A stretch of DNA of 20,000 nt from an uncultured virus (IMG/VR IMGVR_UViG_3300017783_000009). Its lineage: Duplodnaviria > Heunggongvirae > Uroviricota > Caudoviricetes. Shown piece after piece: positions 7,449 through 16,400 of the stretch. The stretch's first letter is position 1, and every line of letters begins with the position of its first letter. The stretch is from the IMG/VR virus record IMGVR_UViG_3300017783_000009; one strand, written 5' to 3'. The notes below the pieces were generated by a model. It did no database searches, was not told the origin of the DNA, and saw only the letters and a program-made list of their open reading frames with translations. Made by a program: the position numbers and the translations under genes.

Positions 7449-10400
7449 ATGGCAGGTAACAAGAAAAGAGCAGGACAATATCCTAATAGTAAGGTTAGTT
7501 CATCTAACTTCTTACCAAAAACATTCCAAAGCGATACTAACAAATCATGGTTAGATAGTACATTTGATCAAATGATTAGCAAAGGTAATTTAAAAGATTA
7601 TCATGGATTTATTGGTAGTACACATGGAAGAGAAAAAAATCTACATGACACATACATTGACATTATTAACAATAACAAAGCAAAACAAATAAGCCAATTA
7701 CAGCCTGGTATTGTTTTAAAAAACAATGAAAATGAAATTACAAATACACTTGCATTTGACGATGTTGTAAATGCTTTACAAACAAATTTTACAAATTATA
7801 ACTATGCAAGTGCATATTCGAGTCAGGGATATGTTTTTAATCCGCCAGTTAATATTGATATGTTGGTTAACTACAGTTCATACTACTGGGCACAAAATTT
7901 ACCAATATACACAGCAACAAACACAGGTGCGACAGTAGATATATTTGATGCAATAGATAATCAAGCAGTATACGAATTAACAGATGATAACAATACTTTC
8001 AAGTTACATAACGGTATGATTATCAAGTTTTCAGGTAACTGGGGAACAGCGGCAACAGATAATACTTACATAGTAACGGGTGTAGGCACAGGTATTAAAT
8101 TAATTTTATTTAGAGATACAAGCGGCAAAACTATGTATTCTAATCAATACAAAGGTAATATTAGATCAGATGGTTATTGGGATAGAAACGTAGTTTATGA
8201 TGTAGAATTTAGGACAAGTGCAAGAGGTTATACAGGCTCTAGTCTAGATAGGCTTACAGCATATAACAACGATACACATGCAGATAAACCAGTATTCTTT
8301 GATGGGTTTAATTTACTAAGACATGAATCAAACAATGATAAACTTGTAAATAATTTGTATGCAAAACTACCAGACCAAACTGACATTTACTATTTAGAAG
8401 TAGGTGACGGAACAGTTACAGCTACAGCTATAACACCAAACAGTAACTTAGGTGAATCATATGATATCGAATCTTGGGACTTTGAACAGGTAATAGAAAC
8501 AGAACCAGATTATATTGTTATTGCAAAAAACGATAGTAGACAAACAGCTTGGTCAAGGATCAATAACTGGGTTCATATCGATTGTATAAAAACTTTAAAA
8601 CAAATTATACCACATATAGACTTGTCACTGTATGCTAATGCTACCTATCAAGCAAAAAGAAGTATTATAGAATTTGAAACAAAAATGAATTTGTTCGAAG
8701 GTGCAGATTATATTGCAAGCACGGACATGCAATGGCTTGGTCATATTGACTACTACATAAAACCAGAAGGTGATTATCTACCAACAGTAAGTGGCAGTGA
8801 TTTAATTATACCAGCTGAAGCAAACATAGAGAATGGTAGTCTTGTTATATTCACAGATACACACGACACACATGTTTATAAAATGACAGGAGGTGTGTTA
8901 GTAGAACACAAAGCAATAGTAAATGGATATACTGCATTTATAGATTACACTCCATTTACAGATTTAAAAACATACGAAAAATGTGATGTTTATTTTACTA
9001 GTTCAGGTATTCAAAAAAGTCAAGCAAAAACTTTAGCACATCAAGATCCTTTATTCAAAGTTTATACTATAGATAATGTAGAAGTGTCCCAATACGATAA
9101 TGAATTTATTGGAAACAAAATATTTGGTTACAAACAAGGAACAGGTAACACTGATGCAATACTTGGTAAAAAATTATCTTACAAAGATACGCCAAAAGGT
9201 GCAGAATATGAATTTGAAAATTACTTGAACACATATACATTAAACTATGTTGTTGCAGATGATGTAGATCCAAAACTTGGACATGAATACAAAGGAAAAG
9301 GATACAATTATTTTAAACAAGATAATAAACTATCAACACTTTACAAAACAAGTGATAATATATTTGGTGCATACGAACATTTACAGTATACAATCACAGC
9401 AGCACAGATTGCATCTCAACAGTTTGATATTCCATTAGGCTCTGACAATTATAGACCTACATTTGAGTATTTTGTTTACATAGTTGATGGGAAAGTTAAT
9501 CTCAAAGAAACAACTTCACAAGGAACAAGCATTAATAAAAATGTTGATAGGTTTAAAGATGGTATTCTAGTTGATTCGACTTCAACAATTAAAATTACTA
9601 ATTTAACAGATAATAATTTAGTTTTTGCCAACAACAGTGTAACTATTGCATCTGGTGCTACACAAGAATTAACTTCAATTGTAAACGATAGTGCAGAGTA
9701 CAACAGTAACAGCGTATTTAAAATAACAGTAGCAGATAGTATTAATAATCATTTTTACAGATTAACTAAAAATGGAGAAAACTTTGATACATCAGATGTT
9801 ACAGTAAATGCAACTACAACAACTATCAACACAACACAATGCAAAGAAGGCGACATAATTGATTTTGAATTTATAAACAATGATTTGAGCAATGCAACAA
9901 ACAACCCAAGTTTCCCTACACTATGGCAGTCAAACAGCAACAATGAAACATTTGATTCATTTACAATTTCTGAAACTGCAGATCATTGGAAAGATATGAT
10001 GTTAGCAATTCCAGGGTTTACTGGAAGTGTGTTTGGAGAAAATAACTTTAGCAGTTCTATTAGACTTTCGTCATACGGTGGAAAAATCTTCCTCAACGAA
10101 AACACAGGTATAATGCACGACATACAATACATAAACAAAGAATATAGTATCACAGGTGCATTGTTTGAACAAGGACAAGATTACGATGCTTTTATTACTA
10201 GATTTAGAAATCAAGTAAGACGAGTTTATTCTTCTACAACAATATCTAATATTTCTGAAGTTGTTAGCAAAACATTAACAACATTATTAGCTAACAAAAA
10301 AGGCACAGATTTATACAAAACAAGTAATATGTTATACACCAAAGAACCTGTTACTAAAACATTTACTATAGATGATAATCAAACTACATTTACGATTGAT

Positions 10401-13400
10401 AAAATTGCAGGTGGTGATGTTAATATAAGAGATCATGTATATGTATGGTTGAGAGATGACAAAGACAACAATGATATAATGGTAAGAAGAACACTTGTAA
10501 AAGACAAGGAATACACAGTTAATGGAGATAAAATTAATCTACTAATAACACCTCAGACAAGTGCGAGTGGTGAATATTCAAGTGTAGAAATTCACTATTA
10601 CCAAATGGATACACATTCATATGTTCCACAAAGTCTTGTTAAATTAGGTATCCAAGTAGGTCAAGAACCTACAGTAGTAGACAACAAACTTGTTACACAT
10701 GATAATAGAACTTACTTGTTAGCTTCTGGTGCAGATTTATTCAATATGAATTCAGCAACATTTGATGTTGTAAATGCAGCACAGTATGAATTAGAATGCA
10801 TGATATATGCAGGTATTGTAAAAGAAGATTTACTATATAGCAATGTTAAACTAAAATCAGTAAACAAATATATCCCAAGTCAACACAGAAGCACATGGTA
10901 TACAAACGCAGAACTAGACAACTATGTTTATACATATTACAGTAAATGGGCTAAAGCAAACAATTACCCAGTTGTGTTAGAAGAACTTGTATATGATGTA
11001 AATGATAGTAAAACATGGAACTACAAAGACATGACTTCTACTATACTTGGATCATATAATCATTTTGTTGATACAAATCTGCCAGGTCACTATGTTGGGA
11101 TTTATAATATTTTATTTGGTACAGCAACACCTCATATCACACCATGGCACATGTTGGGATTCAACTTCAAACCACAATGGTGGGATACATATTACAGTTG
11201 GACAGATGCAACAAAAAGAACAGCATTACTTGATGCATTAACATTTGGTAAAACAAATAATCCTGCAAGTAATGTCACACAGGAAATTACATATGCTAGA
11301 CACGCATGGGATTGGACAAATAATAGCCCAGTAGATACAAATGGTGATTTAGTAGATCCAAAAGATATACTCGGAACACCAAGTGTATTAGAAGCAAGCG
11401 AATCTTTTGTATTCGGAGACTGGGGTCCTACAGAACAATTATTTAGACAAACTGCACAATGTAATGCAGTAACAATAGATGCTATTATTAAATTAAAACC
11501 AGCTCAAGCATTTACAGAATTCTTTCAGCCAGGAACATTTACAACAGTTGCAAATGATGATTCTAGTTTCAATGTAAGCGAACTTGAAAATAAAATGATT
11601 AACAGTAAATCTTTTATCTTACCTGGTTACAAAAGCAACAAAGTTTTAAATGCAATAAAAATAAACACAAATCAAATTTACTCCAATACTTCAAACGAAA
11701 GCAGTGTTGTATATGGTAACAAGTTTGACCAAAACTTTTCACCAGTTGTTAACTTTACAGCAACAGGAGAAGTAGATAATATTATTGTAAACAAAAGGCT
11801 TTTTGACATCACAACCGAAGCAGTAATAACAAGTAATGTTTTAGGTAGTGTAAGAGATAGCGAAGGTAAAAATATAGATACACTTGATTTAGAATATGAA
11901 TACAAACAAGCAGAATTTGTTGCAAATGGTATAAGTCAAGCACAACATAATTATACAATTAGAAACAGATACACTGACTTAGCAGAACAAATTTATACAA
12001 ACTTAGATACACAACTAATTCAAAAAATTAATGGATTTACAACAAAAAGTAGTATGAGCTTATTTGCAGAAAGCGGCATTGATGGATCTTTTGCAGTATC
12101 TGATAACGATTACAAAATTGTAATGCACAATGGATATCCTCATACATTTATTAATGCAAGTCAAATCACAATTAAGAAAGAACCAGAAGGATATCAAATA
12201 AAAGGTTCAAGCACTAACAGACAAGAATTTATGTTCCTAGAACCTAATAAAAATAATTTCACAGATATTGAAGTATCAAATAGAGTTATAAGAAAATATT
12301 CTAAGTTTGTAACAAATCATAGTATCTTAGAATATGGATCAGTGTTAAACAAAATACAAGACGTGTATACTTTCATTAGAGGCTACTTTGCATTTTTAGA
12401 ACAAAACGGATTTAAATTTGCCACAAGCAAAGACGCTTACGCAAATACTTTTGTAAGATGGACTGTGAGAGCAGAAGAAGGTCAAGAGATTACATTAGAC
12501 TTAGGAAAATTTATAGAGTTTACTTCTACACATGGTCATGTAAGTGAAGCAGGAACTTTTGATTACTTTGCAAACAATATTAATATTAGAGATGGATCAG
12601 ATGTATTAAAAGAAAACTTAGTAGTATCTCGCAAAGAAAACAAAGTAACATTTGAAAATAAGCAAGAGAAATCTTTTGGTAACATTACAGTTGCAGTAGT
12701 TGACTTTGAACATGCATTTGTGTTTAACAACAACACAATTTTTAACAATGTATTATTTGATGATGTAAAAATGTCAAGACAAGATAGATTGATAGCACGT
12801 GGTGGTGTTACAAAAGAATGGAATGGTGAGAAAAAAGCACTAGGACATTTAGTATTTGATGACCATATAGTTCAAAACTTTGACAGTAGTGTAGAAGAAA
12901 CAAACGAATATTATAGAACAGATATAACAGAATTTAATCCTGATGTGAAAAAAGCAAAAGACATAAGCATAGGTAACATTGACAGAGATTGGGTTGAAAA
13001 TCTACATCTAGATCCAAATGTAATTACTAAATTTTATCAAGGTGCAATAAAAGAAGCTGGCACAAATGCAAGTGTAGATAGGCTTGCTAGATTTATTAAA
13101 GGCGCAGACGATATTCAAGTGTTTGAAAAATATATGTTCAATCACAGTTACTTTGGAGACACAACAAAAAAACATAGCACAGAAATAAAATTATTACAAA
13201 ATGAAATTGGCAACAATCCACAAGTTATAGAATTTGCCGAACAACCAAGTGTAACAAAAAGTATTGCAATTACTAATGATGATTCAAGATTTGTAAACAA
13301 AGATAGTATAGAATTTAACATCGCAGACTTTGATCAGGCACAAACAAAATTAAATACTGCCGGTAGTCCTCTATCAACTGAAGCCAGATACTACGCATTT

Positions 13401-16400
13401 AATACAACAAAAATGACTGACGTATATGATAGCACAGCAGACTATGCTATAATTGAAAATTGGTCAGACACAAAGACTTATAGCTTTGGTGATATAGTAA
13501 GAAGAGAGTCTGTATTATATAAATGTAAAGTAGATACTACTGGACTTACAAGTGTTAATGATGGTATTACTGTCACTGGTGTAAAGAGATTTCCTGTTTT
13601 TCCAGTGGGCACAGTAGTAAAAATTGATAATAATCCTGTAACACTTACACAGACAAGTCAAGCATTAAGTGATATAGTTGCAACAGGTAGTGTAGCAAAT
13701 CCTGTGGTAAACAACTTAGATCAACTTTCTATAAATGGAAATGTCTTAACATTTCAAGTTGCTAGCAGTGGAACTGGTATACTAGGCCCTGCACAACTTT
13801 TAAGTAATATTGCACCAAATGATTTTTTAACAGTTACAGGTAAAGCAATAGTTATAAATGGAACTACAGTTGATTTTAATAATATACCAGCCAATCTTAC
13901 AGAAAATACAGCCATACAGAATGTAGGTGTGACGCCTCCTAACATTGTTGAAACATTTCAACATCCAGCTGATTTTACTGGTACTGGTAACACTAAACAA
14001 GTTACTATAGCAACATCTCTTACAGGATACACTGTAGACACTATACAGGCTGTAATAACTTTTGCAGATACAACTACAACAACTCAAAATATCACAGCAA
14101 GCAATTTAACAGGACAAGTTCTTGATATTACACAAGATCCTGCTGATTGGACAGACACAACTTCTATCGAAGTTACAATAACACATACTACAGTTATAGA
14201 CCTACTTGACACTTACACTATTACTCAGGCATTAAGTATTACAGGATATCAACTTGATAGTGTTATTGTAGACGGCACAACATTAACATCTAGTGATTTT
14301 ACTCTTACAGGTCAAGCAGTTGAATTAGACAATGTCAATCAATATAATATAGCAGATAGTATAGAATTTGTTTTAGTGCATGTAGATACTGGAATGACAA
14401 TGACAGAAGTAGTTTCTCTTATCACAAGTTCAGTTCCTAATGTTACAGCTACATTAGATGCTAACAATCATATACTATTAGAATTTACAGGAGCAGCTCC
14501 AGGAGATCAGTTAATATTATCAGCAGGTTCTACTAACACAGAACTTGGATTTGATTCAGCAGGAGAAATAGCTGTTGTTCAATCAGGTGCAATATATCCT
14601 CAATTAACAATGCAACAAATATTAGATCAGATAAACAATTTTCAATTATTTTCTTTAGATAATATTACTGCAACACAATCAAATAATCAACTTATTCTTA
14701 CAAAAACAGAGATTAATAATCCTTTATTAACAATGACTATTGCAGCAGGCAATATTGCATTTGGGTTTAACACTACTGCTTACACCACTACGGAAACAAC
14801 AGAACAGGTAGAGATTGGATTTTTAGAAGCAATAAATGACATTAACAATCATTTTACTTCACAAGGTATAACAGATATCACAGCAAGTGTGGTTGCTGGT
14901 GCTCAAATCCGTATTTCTTCTCCTAGACAATCTTTAGATTTAGGAGATACTGATTTTAATACAATAGCAATATTACCAAGTGCATTACAAACAAATAATA
15001 TAACAAGTATTCAAAATATATTTCTTGAAGCCGAATGGGAAAGACAAGAAGACAGTCAAGATCCTGCCTTGTTTAACATTTGGGTAGTAAATGATAGCGA
15101 TTACAGCGTAGAAGGATTAGGATCATTAAAGACAAAATTTTACAGTTGGAATGTTTTCCAAGTGCAAAATCATACATTGTTTACTAGAGAAACAGATGAA
15201 GAGCCATGCGGTATTTGTGCAGGAACATCAACAAGCGATGGTAACGATGCACGAATTACTACAATTGCACCACATGGTTTAGTAAAGGGTGATTATGTAA
15301 TGCTCACCAATACAACAACACAGCCTAATATAGATGGAATACACAGAGTTACACAAGTAGATGCTGCAGACAATAAAATATTTTTTATTGATAAGTTTAT
15401 TGATGTATGTGGTAATGCTAGCAGTATTATGGTATTGAGACCACAACGTTTTGAAACAACGACACAAAGAGATTTATCAACTACAGTGACAGATAAATCA
15501 TTGGTTTATGTTGACAAAGTAGATGGAATTGCTGGACCAGTAACTACAAATGTATTTACAGCATCTGAAGATGTAAGTGGTAATATAACTTACGACTTAC
15601 CTCCTGGAACAAGATTTACAAAGTATAGAGTAACAAACAACGATGTTGCAAATATTACAATTTACGATTATGATAAAAATAAAACTGTAAAACAATTAGA
15701 ACTTTTTGATCCATTACGTGGAGTTATTCCTGGTATTGCAAATGCAGAAGTTGATATGACAGATGATGTAGACTTAGCTGCTTATAACAATTCAAGTGAT
15801 GAAGAATATGCAGTAGTTGCAGAAAATTACTGGTCTCAAGAACATTTAGGTAAACGTTGGTGGGATACAAGTCAAGTAGTATACTATGATTATGATCAAG
15901 GTGACTATACATATCAAAGTAGTCATTGGGGCAAACTATTTCCAGGATCAAGTATTGATGTGTACGAGTGGACTAAATCATCTGTAGGTCCAGAAGATTA
16001 TGCAAGAGAAGTAGAAAATCAAACAGAAATGTTTGGAGTAGTAGCATCTGGTGAAGCATATTATATTTACAATAGCACACTACAGGAAAATTATTACTAT
16101 TATTCAACAGTTGAAGAGTGGAATAATACACTAGGAACATATTCAACATGTTACTACTTTTGGGTCAAAAATAAGAACACAATTCCAAGTGGAAAAGACT
16201 TATCAACAAGTGCAGTATCAGATATAATTGAAAATCCAACAGCTAATGGTATAAGTTGGTTTGCAGCTCTTACACCAGAGACTACAAGTTTAGCACTAAC
16301 ACATACTAGCGGTAATGCATTTATACTTTCAAATGCAGATATATATTTAAATGATACTAGCACTGTTATTCAAATCAACAGAGTGCCAAGTGGTATAAAT

